From: Waterburya sp.
GTDB taxonomy: Bacteria; Cyanobacteriota; Cyanobacteriia; Cyanobacteriales; Xenococcaceae
DNA: 64,000 nucleotides
NCBI GenBank assembly: GCA_965217895.1
Contig: CBDCJV010000002.1
Coordinates: 1,184,001-1,248,000, forward strand
Direction: 5' to 3'
The translations under genes were made by a program, and so were the position numbers. The notes beneath the pieces are model-generated. The model did no database searches, was not told the DNA's origin, and worked only from the letters and a program-made list of their open reading frames with translations. The number at the start of each line of letters is the position of its first letter. The stretch's first letter is position 1. Below are positions 1 to 9,635 of the stretch, piece by piece.

Positions 1-93
1 ATTGTCTGAAGTAATGCCAGCAGCAGCCAGCTTTTTCGCCAGAAATCCTCCTACAGCAAAAGCCAAGACACATACTAAAGCTAAAGTCATCAT
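1..93 (-). CDS. 5' end of a gene running off the window (hydrophobic, signal-peptide-like N-terminus)
   Basis: ATG at 93 opens MMTLALVCVLAFAVGGFLAKKLAAAGITSDN with no stop before the edge. Confidence 0.4.
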   Translation of the reverse strand, partial: MMTLALVCVLAFAVGGFLAKKLAAAGITSDN

Positions 94-218
94 AAATAGT
101 TAACAGATAAATAAATTTATCCTGCCCCAATTATCTAGCTCTAGTATGCAAGTCCCAACTATGAAATGGCTGTGATCTCAAAAGTTCGATCAACAAAACT
201 TTCCTTACTCCTTATCCT

Positions 219-1436
219 TTATTCTGGTTCTACCCAGCGATCGTCAGCCTTGATCAAATTGATCAATTCCGCAACGCCTCGATCTTCAGGTACTTTTTTA
301 ATTTCTTCTCGACCACGATAGAGAGAAATATATCCTGGTTGCTTGCCCACATATCCATAGTCCGCATCAGCCATTTCCCCTGGACCATTTACAATACAGC
401 CCATGACGGCGATATCCAACCCTGTAAGGTGTTTGGTTGCCTCACGCACCTTATGTAAGACTTCTTCAAGATTAAATAGAGTACGACCACAAGAAGGACA
501 GGCTACGTATTCCACCATGGTTTTTCGTAGTCCCAAAGCCTGCAAAATGCTGTAGCAAACGGGTATTTCTTTTTCAGGAGATTCGGTTAAGGAAACGCGA
601 ATAGTATCACCAATGCCTTGAGCCAAAAGTGTGCCAATTCCCGCAGTAGATTTGATTCTGCCATATTCTCCATCTCCCGCTTCGGTAACTCCTAAGTGTA
701 AAGGGTATTCCATACCCAATTCATTCATTCTCTGCACCATCAGGCGATATGCTGCAAGCATTACGGGAACACGAGAAGCTTTGAGAGAAAGGACAATATT
801 ATAAAAATCGAGAGACTCACAAATTTTGATAAACTCTAAGGCTGATTCCACCATGCCTTCAGGAGTATCGCCATAGGTAAACAGCATTCTCTCAGATAAA
901 GAACCGTGATTAACGCCAATTCGCATTGCCTTACCCTGTTCTCGCAAGGAGATTACCAGGGGTTCTAAAGTTTCACGAATTTTATTGCCAATTTCAGCAA
1001 ATTCTGTGGGTGTATATTCAGTGCGATCGCTTTTTGGCTTTTCAAAGACATATAGCCCTGGATTGATTCGCACTTTATCGACGTGCTTGGCAACTTCTAA
1101 AGCAATTTTCATGCCGTTATGATGCACATCTGCCACCAGAGGCACTGTTTGATATGTCTGAGCTAACTTCTGTTTAATTTGTGCTAGAGCTTTAGCATGA
1201 GCCATACTAGGAACTGTAACTCTTACTATCTCGCAGCCGATTTCATGTAAGCGACGAATTGCTGCTACTGAGCCATCAATGTCTAATGTATCCTCATTAA
1301 TCATCGACTGCACCACTACAGGATTGTTACCGCCGATAGTAATATCGCCGACTTTTACGCCACGAGTTTTTCGTCTGTGGATAGTAGTATCAAAGGCAGG
1401 AGTATTAGTAAGATTAAGATTATCTAGGGTTTGCAT
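219..1436 (-). CDS. ispG: (E)-4-hydroxy-3-methylbut-2-enyl-diphosphate synthase
   Basis: [32 protein letters not shown] and [10 protein letters not shown] motifs. Confidence 0.97.
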   Translation of the reverse strand: MQTLDNLNLTNTPAFDTTIHRRKTRGVKVGDITIGGNNPVVVQSMINEDTLDIDGSVAAIRRLHEIGCEIVRVTVPSMAHAKALAQIKQKLAQTYQTVPLVADVHHNGMKIALEVAKHVDKVRINPGLYVFEKPKSDRTEYTPTEFAEIGNKIRETLEPLVISLREQGKAMRIGVNHGSLSERMLFTYGDTPEGMVESALEFIKICESLDFYNIVLSLKASRVPVMLAAYRLMVQRMNELGMEYPLHLGVTEAGDGEYGRIKSTAGIGTLLAQGIGDTIRVSLTESPEKEIPVCYSILQALGLRKTMVEYVACPSCGRTLFNLEEVLHKVREATKHLTGLDIAVMGCIVNGPGEMADADYGYVGKQPGYISLYRGREEIKKVPEDRGVAELINLIKADDRWVEPE

Positions 1437-1615
1437 AGTAACTAACTATTGCTCTAAGCAAGAATTTTAGATTTAAATTTATGTTCTATTGTAAAGCTTA
1501 CGAGGGTATCTAAGAAGCCAAAAATCCACTCAAGGGTTTAACTTTATCAAATAATCTTGTATTTAACACTTGAGGTTACACAATACAACGAAAATTCTGA
1601 GCCACATAAACGATA

Positions 1616-1750
1616 CGTATAATGTGAATTAAAAATGCTTAATCTAGTTTTCTATAGGCAGTTGGTCTTTGAAAACCATGTTTATTCCTGGGGGAACTTT
1701 CCCCCAGACCCCCTGCTGGGGACGTAACGACCCTCCCCAGACCCCTTCCG
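1616..1750. mobile_element. Left part of a MITE (same family as 31506-31739), cut off by the IS5 remnant
   Basis: CGTATAATGTGAATT...GAAAACCAT...GGGGGAACTTTCCCCCAGACCCCCTG aligns with 31506-31640. Confidence 0.7.
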
Positions 1751-1754
1751 TATA

Positions 1755-2183
1755 GAACCTATTTGGGATCTATCTAACCAGCAGCTAATCTTTTGAGCAT
1801 CAGTCTGACAAAACAAAGGTTAATCTTGGTGGTGGCATTCTCAAGAGTTCTTTCAAAATTCTTGACTAAACTTTTGCACCTTTGCATCCAGGAATTAGTT
1901 CTTTCTATAACCCACCTAGCTTTAACTGGTACAAATCCTGTTTTTCCTTCCTTTTTCTTTTGTGCTTTCGACGGTTTGGGCGAGAGCAAAAATTTGCTCT
2001 TGGTCATGATCTGTTGATACAAAACCCCATCCAAGATTTCTCTTTTGCTCCATGTTGGAGGCTTGGTTCTTTTCTTCTTAGGCAATAGGGGTTCAACAAT
2101 TTCCCCCTCTTTATCGGTCAAACTGCTTGAATAAGGCATTTTGACCTGATTATACCTCTTTTACCAAGATCCCAAATGGCTTC
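1755..2183 (-). mobile_element. Internally deleted IS5-family element (non-autonomous, about 430 bp)
   Basis: Terminal IRs GAACCTATTTGGGATCT / AGATCCCAAATGGCTTC, both flanked by TATA; ORF 1774-2139 fuses the transposase N-terminus (YSSSLTD..EPLLP..REILDGVLYQ) to the C-terminus (RWVIERTNSW..RCKSLVKNFERT). Confidence 0.85.
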
Positions 2184-2184
2184 T

Positions 2185-2310
2185 ATAGGTTCAATGGCAT
2201 TTCTGGTTGGAGTTCCCATAGTTCCTAAAGAACAGGTTGAAAAAATTCTCCAAGCAAACAATCAAGATATAGCAGCAGAGATAATTCAGGCGGTTGACGA
2301 ACAGCTATAG
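2185..2310 (+). pseudogene. Orphan 3' gene fragment abutting the IS end
   Basis: Open frame IGSMAFLVGVPIVPKEQVEKILQANNQDIAAEIIQAVDEQL* begins at the IS right end. Confidence 0.4.
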
Positions 2311-2368
2311 GTCTGTTTTTATTTTTGCGCGTTGATAGTTCTAAAAATAACTCAAACACTAGATTTTT

Positions 2369-3723
2369 ATGAATAATATACCGACTGCTGAAGGATCTTT
2401 CAATTTATTTTTAAACCTGTATTCTACTTTTCGTCCTTCAGAATTTGTTGAAAAATATACGAAAAAGTATGGAGATTTCTATAAATTAAAAGTTCCAAAT
2501 AATCCCTCCGTTATTGTAATTATTAATCCTCAAGCAATTGAAGAAATCTTTACCGCTTCTGCCGACACATTTCAATCAGCTAACGCAAACAAAGTCTTTA
2601 GTTTTTTACTGGGGGACAATTCTATACTGCTATTGGATGGCAAAGCACACAAAAATCGGCGACGTTTATTGATGCCTCCGTTTCATGGGGAATCATTACA
2701 ACAATCTAGCAATAAAATAATATCCATAACTAACAAGGTTGGCGATCGCCTAGAAGTTGACAAACCGTTTGAAGTTCGTCCCTTCATGCAGGAAATTACT
2801 TTGCGAGTGATTCTAAACGTAGTTTTTGGGATTGATTCAGGTACAAGATACGAACAATTGCGAAAATTACTAGTTGAGCTATTAGAAATATTTAATAGTC
2901 CTTTAAAGTCGATGTTAATAATTTCTCCCTTATTACAGAAAGACTTGGGTAAATTTAGTCCTTGGGGTCGTTTTTTATCGTTAAAATCAAAAATTAGACA
3001 GCTAATTTATCAAGAAATCAAAGAAAGACGGGCATTATTAGCTACAGGCGAATCACATCAAGATATTCTTAGTTTATTGTTATCAGCAAAAGATGAACAA
3101 GGTAAGGGAATGACGGATGAAGAATTACACGATGAGTTAATCACTCTACTGTTTGCAGGACATGAAACTACTGCTTCTGCCTTAAGTTGGTTTTTTTACT
3201 GGGTTCATTACGTTCCAGAAGTCAAGGAAAAACTAAGCTCAGAATTAAATCTTCTTGAAGATAATTCAGATTATAAAAACATTAACAATTTACCTTATCT
3301 AAATGCTGTAATTTCAGAAACGCTGCGAATTTATCTATTGCCTCTGGTGCTTTTACCCGCATCCCTACTAAGCCAATATCTATTATGGGATACGAACTTG
3401 ACTCAAATGATTACCTATCAATTTCAATCTACGCTGTCCATCATCGAGAAGACTTGTACCCAAATCCCAGGCAATTTAAGCCAGATAGATTTTTACAGAG
3501 AACATATTCACCCTACGAATATATCCCTTTCGGTGGTGGAAATCGTCGTTGTTTGGGATCAGCTTTAGCTCTTTTGGAAATGAAGTTGGTTGCAGCTACG
3601 GTGTTATCCCGTTTTCAATTAGCTTTGACTAGCAAGCGTCCCCTATACCCAGTAAGTCGAGGCATAACTCTCGCTCCTCCCGCTTCTTTTAAAATGCTGG
3701 TAAGAGACAAAATATGTGGATAG
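2369..3723 (+). pseudogene. Cytochrome P450 (CYP110-like), frameshifted near 3335
   Basis: AGHETTA and ETLR in ORF 2369-3568; FKPDRF and heme motif PFGGGNRRCLG in a different frame (3385-3723); restoring one base gives ETLRIYPIASGAFTR. Confidence 0.85.
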
Positions 3724-3757
3724 CCGTTTAATATTGAGCTATGGTCAAAGTAACTAG

Positions 3758-4210
3758 TTAAAGATTATTATCCTGCATATTGGTTCCGCTATCTTGATTT
3801 AAAGCGATCGCTTCTTCTTCCGTAATCGGCACAGTTTCTAAGTCGCCAGTAAAAGCCTCTTCTTTATTTATAGGTACTGGTTCAAAGGAAACTTTACTTT
3901 CTAACCAAGCGGTAAGCAAATCAGGAAGATTTTTTTTCAGCCAGCGTAAAGCAATTACACGGGCGACTGGTTTGATATAGCCTACCAGCACCTTCATAAT
4001 TTTATTGAGAGAAGGATTATGCAGTTTATGATTAGCATAATTAATTGCACCAACATCAATCAAACAATCAATAATCAGTTTTAAGGATGTTTCTTCTCTT
4101 TCTACAAGCTGCTGTAATAGTAAAGTTACATCCCGCATTCGTTCCTGCTTTTTTAAGTCCTCGGCAGAAACAGGCTTTACTTTTAAAGATTCTTCTTGAT
4201 AGGTCAACAT
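3758..4210 (-). CDS. Hypothetical protein
   Basis: 150-aa ORF with plausible composition. Confidence 0.65.
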   Translation of the reverse strand: MLTYQEESLKVKPVSAEDLKKQERMRDVTLLLQQLVEREETSLKLIIDCLIDVGAINYANHKLHNPSLNKIMKVLVGYIKPVARVIALRWLKKNLPDLLTAWLESKVSFEPVPINKEEAFTGDLETVPITEEEAIALNQDSGTNMQDNNL

Positions 4211-4461
4211 TAAAATTATTAATACATTTCTACCCCTATCTTATGGCTCTTTCTCTTCTGGGACTATAAGCAATGGGACAGAAATTCTAATTTTAAGCAA
4301 AATTCAATTAATTGGCGAAGATGCTTAATGGTATCTTGATATATTTATTAGAAATTTAGCAAAGGGCGATCGCCGTGGCAGATAAAAGCGATCGCTGATA
4401 AGACTGCCAGGATAACCAAAAATTCACAACTGCTTTCTTTCTATATTTTTCTTTAATGCCT

Positions 4462-4501
4462 AATAAATAAGCCCCTGCAAAATAGCAGGGGCTTATTTAT
4501 T
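4462..4501. terminator. Rho-independent terminator downstream of psbC
   Basis: Perfect inverted repeat AATAAATAAGCCCCTGC-AAAATA-GCAGGGGCTTATTTATT. Confidence 0.85.
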
Positions 4502-4547
4502 GAATAGACTATAGTTAAACTGCTCAGTTTACTAATTCAGTAATTGA

Positions 4548-5933
4548 TTAGTCTAAGTCAGGCATAAATAGTGTAGGTTCAGTTTCACGTTCGATACCTT
4601 TTTCAAAACCACCAGCAGTGGCTCTCGATCTACCTGCGTGCCACCAGTGACCGACGAGGAAGAAGAAAGCCATAACAAACTGGAATGAAGCCAGCCACTG
4701 ACGAATATTTACGAAGTTAAAGGAGTTAGACTCAGTGATAATACCACCAACAGAGTTGATCGAAGCATTAGGAGCATGAGTCATGTACTCAGCAGCACGA
4801 CGCAATTGCCAAGGCTGAATGTCATTTCTAATTTTGTCAAGATCGATACCGTTAGGACCACGCATAGGCTCTAACCAAGGGCCGCGGAAATCCCAAAAAC
4901 GCATTGTTTCTCCACCAAGAATAATTTCACCAGTAGGAGAGCGCATTAGGTATTTACCTAAGCCTGTAGGACCTTGAGATGAACCAATGTTTGCACCCAT
5001 TTGTTGGTCACGAGCTAAGAAAGTAAAGGCTTGTGCCTGAGAAGCTTCGGCATTTGTAGGACCGTAAAACTCACTGGGATAAGCAGTGTTATTAAACCAG
5101 ATATAGCAAGCTGCGATGAAGGACATCATGGATACAGCAGCAAGACTATAGGAAAGATAAGCCTCACCATTCCAAATCAAAGCACGGCGCGCCCAACCAA
5201 AAGGCTTAGTCAAAATATGGAAAATACCGCCAGCAATACAGATCAAGCCAACCCATATATGACCACCGATAATGTCTTCCATGTTGTTAACACCAACAAT
5301 CCAGCCTTCGCCACCAAAAGGAGAAGATGCTAAATAACCAAAGATTGTGGCAGGGTTGAGAGTGGGGTTGGTAATGAAACGAACATCACCACCACCAGGA
5401 GCCCAGGTGTCGTATACACCACCAAAGAACATGGCTTTGAATACCAGTAATAATGCACCCAAACCCAAAAGAATTAGGTGATAACCAATGATATTAGTCA
5501 TTTGGTTTTTGTCTTTCCAGTCTTGACTGAAGAAATTTGAGTATTCTTCTAGTTTCTCTGGACCACGCAGTGCATGATAAATACCGCCCAAACCAAGAAC
5601 AGCGGAAGAGATTAGGTGTAAAACACCAACTACGAAATAGGGGTAAGTATTAATTACTTCACCACCAGGACCTACGCCCCAGCCTAATGTGGCTAGGTGA
5701 GGAATGAGGATCATGCCCTGTTCATACATGGGCTTATCAGGAACATAGTGTGCAACTTCATAGATAGTCATTGCACCAGTCCAGAATACAATTAAGCCAG
5801 CGTGAGCGACGTGCGCGCCCAGTAGCTTGCCAGAAAGATTGATTAAACGAGCATTGCCCGCCCACCAAGCAAAGCCGGTGGAATTAATGTCGCGACCTGC
5901 GCTACTGACAGCAGGATTAGAGAGCGTTACCAC
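4548..5933 (-). CDS. psbC: Photosystem II CP43 core antenna protein
   Basis: [25 protein letters not shown] and GGETMRFWD; canonical GTG start overlapping the psbD 3' end. Confidence 0.97.
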   Translation of the reverse strand: MVTLSNPAVSSAGRDINSTGFAWWAGNARLINLSGKLLGAHVAHAGLIVFWTGAMTIYEVAHYVPDKPMYEQGMILIPHLATLGWGVGPGGEVINTYPYFVVGVLHLISSAVLGLGGIYHALRGPEKLEEYSNFFSQDWKDKNQMTNIIGYHLILLGLGALLLVFKAMFFGGVYDTWAPGGGDVRFITNPTLNPATIFGYLASSPFGGEGWIVGVNNMEDIIGGHIWVGLICIAGGIFHILTKPFGWARRALIWNGEAYLSYSLAAVSMMSFIAACYIWFNNTAYPSEFYGPTNAEASQAQAFTFLARDQQMGANIGSSQGPTGLGKYLMRSPTGEIILGGETMRFWDFRGPWLEPMRGPNGIDLDKIRNDIQPWQLRRAAEYMTHAPNASINSVGGIITESNSFNFVNIRQWLASFQFVMAFFFLVGHWWHAGRSRATAGGFEKGIERETEPTLFMPDLD

Positions 5934-6975
5934 GTGGTAGAACCTCCTCTGGGAATTCAAAGTTTTGATGTGGTTGGTCTTGTGATGCCATCCATGCTCT
6001 TAGACCTTCATTGAGCAAGATGTTTTTAGTGTAGAACGTTTCAAACTCAGGATCTTCTGCTGCTCTCAATTCTTGAGATACGAAGTCATAAGCTCTTAGG
6101 TTCAAGGCAATACCGATGATGCCGATACTTGCCATCCATAGTCCTGTTACGGGTACGAATAACATAAAGAAGTGCAGCCAACGTTTGTTGGAAAAAGCAA
6201 TTCCAAATATCTGTGACCAGAAGCGGTTGGCTGTTACCATACTATAGGTTTCTTCTGCTTGGGTCGGCTCAAAGGCTCTAAATGTGTTTGCTTCACCACC
6301 GTCATCAAACAGAGTGTTTTCGACTGTTGCTCCGTGAATCGCACAGAGTAATGCCCCACCTAACACACCAGCTACTCCCATCATATGGAAGGGATTGAGG
6401 GTGAAGTTGTGGAATCCTTGAACAAATAGGATGAAACGGAAGATTCCCGCTACACCTAAGCTAGGTGCAAAGAACCAGCTTGACTGTCCTAAAGGATAGA
6501 GCAAGAATACGGAGACAAATACGGCGATGGGGGCAGAAAAGGCGATCGCATTGTAAGGACGAATCCCTACTAAACGCGAAATCTCAAACTGACGCAGCAT
6601 AAAGCCGATTAGGGCAAATGCTCCATGCAGTGCCACAAATGCCCACAAACCACCGATTTGACACCAGCGGGTAAAGCTCCAGCCTGCTTCTGGCCCCCAA
6701 AGGAACAATAGAGAATGTCCCATGCTGTCTGCGGGGGTGGATGCTGCTACGGTTAGGAAGTTGCATCCTTCTAGGTATGAAGAAGCTAAACCGTGGGTGT
6801 ACCAACTGGTAACGAAGGTGGTGCAGGTTAGCCAGCCACCGATTGCCATGTAGGCACAGGGGAATAGAAGAATCCCCGACCAGCCTACGAATACAAAGCG
6901 ATCGCGTTTTAGCCAGTCATCAACTGCATCAAAGATGCCCTGTTGTGACGGCGCGCGTCCTACTGCTATTGTCAT
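5917..6975 (-). CDS. psbD: Photosystem II D2 protein
   Basis: [35 protein letters not shown]; 352 aa from ATG at 6975. Confidence 0.98.
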   Translation of the reverse strand: MTIAVGRAPSQQGIFDAVDDWLKRDRFVFVGWSGILLFPCAYMAIGGWLTCTTFVTSWYTHGLASSYLEGCNFLTVAASTPADSMGHSLLFLWGPEAGWSFTRWCQIGGLWAFVALHGAFALIGFMLRQFEISRLVGIRPYNAIAFSAPIAVFVSVFLLYPLGQSSWFFAPSLGVAGIFRFILFVQGFHNFTLNPFHMMGVAGVLGGALLCAIHGATVENTLFDDGGEANTFRAFEPTQAEETYSMVTANRFWSQIFGIAFSNKRWLHFFMLFVPVTGLWMASIGIIGIALNLRAYDFVSQELRAAEDPEFETFYTKNILLNEGLRAWMASQDQPHQNFEFPEEVLPRGNAL

Positions 6976-7553
6976 AATTTTTAAATCCTCTTGCTTGAAT
7001 GAGTAAACTGCAAGATTTGTCAAACTCGCTCGTCAAAATGTACTTTTGTATCATGCCTTTGACACTAGCTTAACAAAATGTTGAGAAGTGCCAAGTTTTA
7101 TAAAACTTTAGCAGATTATCAGCTAACATCTCGTGTTTCGAGATGAGATAATCTTTAAGATGTTATTACAAAAATGCCTTTAAAATTACATTAGGGTAAC
7201 GTTACTAAAATAGCATAAAATCACTGTTTACAGGTAATTGAAGACAATTGCTCAACTTTAAAACTCAATAGTCTTAAACTAGTAATAGCCCTTAAATAAT
7301 TATTAGCAAAAATTTTACAAAATGACACATAGACCTCTGAATAAAATCAAGGTCTTAAACTTTGATTTTGCTTTTTTTCTTTATTTTTGAGTGCGTTGCA
7401 TAGTTGCGGGATAATCGAGCATCATTGGCGGTCAATCATTTCTCAATTCTCCGTGTCAACCTAAATCATCCGATGAAGATGCAACACCCTTTAAAGGTCA
7501 TAGCTCAAATTTTATTCAGCTTCAAGATACTAATCAAACTATAACGATTAATA

Positions 7554-8114
7554 ATGACCACTAATAAAACCAAAAAACAAATACTTAGACAAGACATTTT
7601 AGGCTCTCGTAGGTTTAGCAACTTCTTATGGGCAAGTATAGTATCTATGGGTGGAGTCGGCTTTCTGTTAGCAGGATTGTCTAGCTATCTCAAAACTAAT
7701 TTGCTAATCGTCTCTGATACTAGTGAATTACAGTTTATTCCTCAAGGAATTGCGCTAACTTTCTATGGAGTTGCTGGTTTGCTTTTGGCTACCTATTTAT
7801 GGCTACTTCTAGTTTGGAATGTAGGTGGAGGCTACAACGAATTTAGCAAAGAAACAGAAAAGATAATAATTTCCCGTTGGGGATATCCAGGCAAAAATCG
7901 CCAAGTTGAGGTAGAAATACCTATTGTTGAGGTTCAGTCCATCCGAGCCGAAATTAGAGAAGGTTTAAGCCCCAAACGAGCCTTATATTTGCGTTCTAAA
8001 AAAAGACGAGATGTTCCTCTGACTCGTGTTGGAGAACCCATCGCTTTATCTACTTTGGAAAACCAGGGCGCAGAGTTGGCAAGATTTTTAGAAGTTCCTT
8101 TAGAAGGATTGTAA
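7554..8114 (+). CDS. ycf4: Photosystem I assembly protein Ycf4
   Basis: GSRRFSN, FIPQGI, WNVGGGYNEF, RWGYPGKNR, ELARFLEVPLEG; divergent from psbD. Confidence 0.95.
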   Translation: MTTNKTKKQILRQDILGSRRFSNFLWASIVSMGGVGFLLAGLSSYLKTNLLIVSDTSELQFIPQGIALTFYGVAGLLLATYLWLLLVWNVGGGYNEFSKETEKIIISRWGYPGKNRQVEVEIPIVEVQSIRAEIREGLSPKRALYLRSKKRRDVPLTRVGEPIALSTLENQGAELARFLEVPLEGL

Positions 8115-8350
8115 AAATGATAAACTGGGGAAACCCCAGCATCCCTCACCGTCAATTACAATTTCGACTAAACGACGAGTTTTGACTAATGATTTAACCC
8201 AATGGCGATCGCGAACATCCTTCATATTTAGAACGTTTTGCTGTTCGAGTTGTTAGAAAATACTCATTACCTCAGATGGGATTTTCATTTTCAAATTTAT
8301 AGGACTTACGCAGTTTAACGAGTTTTGCCCCCCTAGCCCCCCAAGTTTGG

Positions 8351-9424
8351 TAGGGCTGTTTCATTCTCAAAATAGAAGATGCGATCGCGAATAAATCTAT
8401 TCACTACACCTATCAGTGACACAAAGAAAGTAATAATGGCAAATTATGGCTTAAATAACTGATTGCCTCAGTCATAGAATCAAAACCATGAACTCTCAGT
8501 AGGTTAATAACCCAACTTTTAATCAAAGAGATGTTTGTGGATGCTTTGCCGTGAAGTTGAGGGCTGTTATCTTCTTTCGTTACGACATCCTTAAACGGCA
8601 CTCAATACGGCGACGCAGGTTCGCCGTCCGTACCTCCCCAATGCCAACGATTCTCGATACCCCAATGTCGGCCAATACCTTGGGGAATAAGCCAAGAAGT
8701 TGCTGTTCACAAGTAGCAGATAACAAGTAGCGCAGCCTGGAGGCTGCCGACGTTGCTCCGCAACGGCCAGACGCGAAGCGCGTCTGCAAGTTCAACCTCT
8801 GCCACAGCAAGCAAAGCTTGCAAAGTCGTCGAAGACGACGACATGGAGCGATAGCTCCTGTGTCAGACAAAGGGCTTGCCCGCATGTATTCAAGAGTTGA
8901 ATTATTTTTTCATCTTTTCCTCATCAATGAAGAGGCTGCATATCCAACTTCGGAGTTTTTCTTAATTGCTATCTGCTATTTGCACACGCTGGAGCGTGTC
9001 GCCATCGCGAAGCGATGTCGGCGTTCTCCAGAACGCGCTACTTGCTACTTAACTCCGAAGGAGTTGGGTAAAGAACTAATATAATAAGTCGCCGAATCCG
9101 ATTCGTAATCGTGATTACCTCTTGTTCGCGAACGGAAAATTTTGATGATACTATGAACTCCAACCCATTGAGAATCAATGTTTGATGGAGGAGCCAATAC
9201 TTCTACAGTTCGATGAGTTAGTCGATTTCTCGTCTTCTCGATCTGCTCAAAGCAACTAATCGCCTTTGTACTTGTTGCTTGAAATTCAACAGCGGAGTGG
9301 AATAAGCGCGGGAAACCCACGCATTTCCTCCGCTCAATTTGTCGATGTAATGTTTTTTGATTTCTTTTGACCACAATTAGGTAGTTATTACCACTGTCGA
9401 TAATTGCTGAGACTGTTTGCTTGG
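8351..9424 (-). pseudogene. ISAs1-family transposase remnant interrupted by several GC-rich insertions
   Basis: Fragments KQTVSAIIDSGNNYLIVVKRNQKTLH, EKTRNR, YYISSL, HWGIENRWHW and KDVVTKED on the minus strand, separated by hairpin inserts. Confidence 0.75.
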
Positions 9425-9635
9425 TGCGCGTACATGCGGAAGCGCGCCTTTGTCTTGCGCCTGTCAGCATTCCCTTGCGTCTTACGCCGACGCGGGGTCG
9501 CTCGTCTTGGGGGATTTAGGGGGCTTTTGTATAGCAAATTTGACTTCTCAGACGACCTCTAAAAGCTAAAAGCTAATAGCTGATAGCTAAAAACCCTTTG
9601 ATTAAGAGTTTTCGCCATAAAACAACAAAGAGTGT

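Noticed and set aside
4548..6975. FaRLiP (far-red) psbD3/psbC2 cluster
   Set aside because: D2 lacks the broader divergence I recall for far-red D2 (HNF rather than HNY, normal NTFRAF loop), and no rfpABC, chlF or apc paralogs are adjacent.
7385..7510. Possible ncRNA upstream of ycf4
   Set aside because: Somewhat GC-richer than its flanks, but with no convincing structure or known motif.
8115..8288. Possible minus-strand gene relic (MKIPSEVMSIF*QLEQ...)
   Set aside because: Short, contains an internal stop and matches no family I recognise.
8580..9084. ORFs 8580-8885 (-) and 8818-9084 (+)
   Set aside because: Arg/Cys-rich read-throughs of GC-rich hairpin inserts in the ISAs1 remnant.
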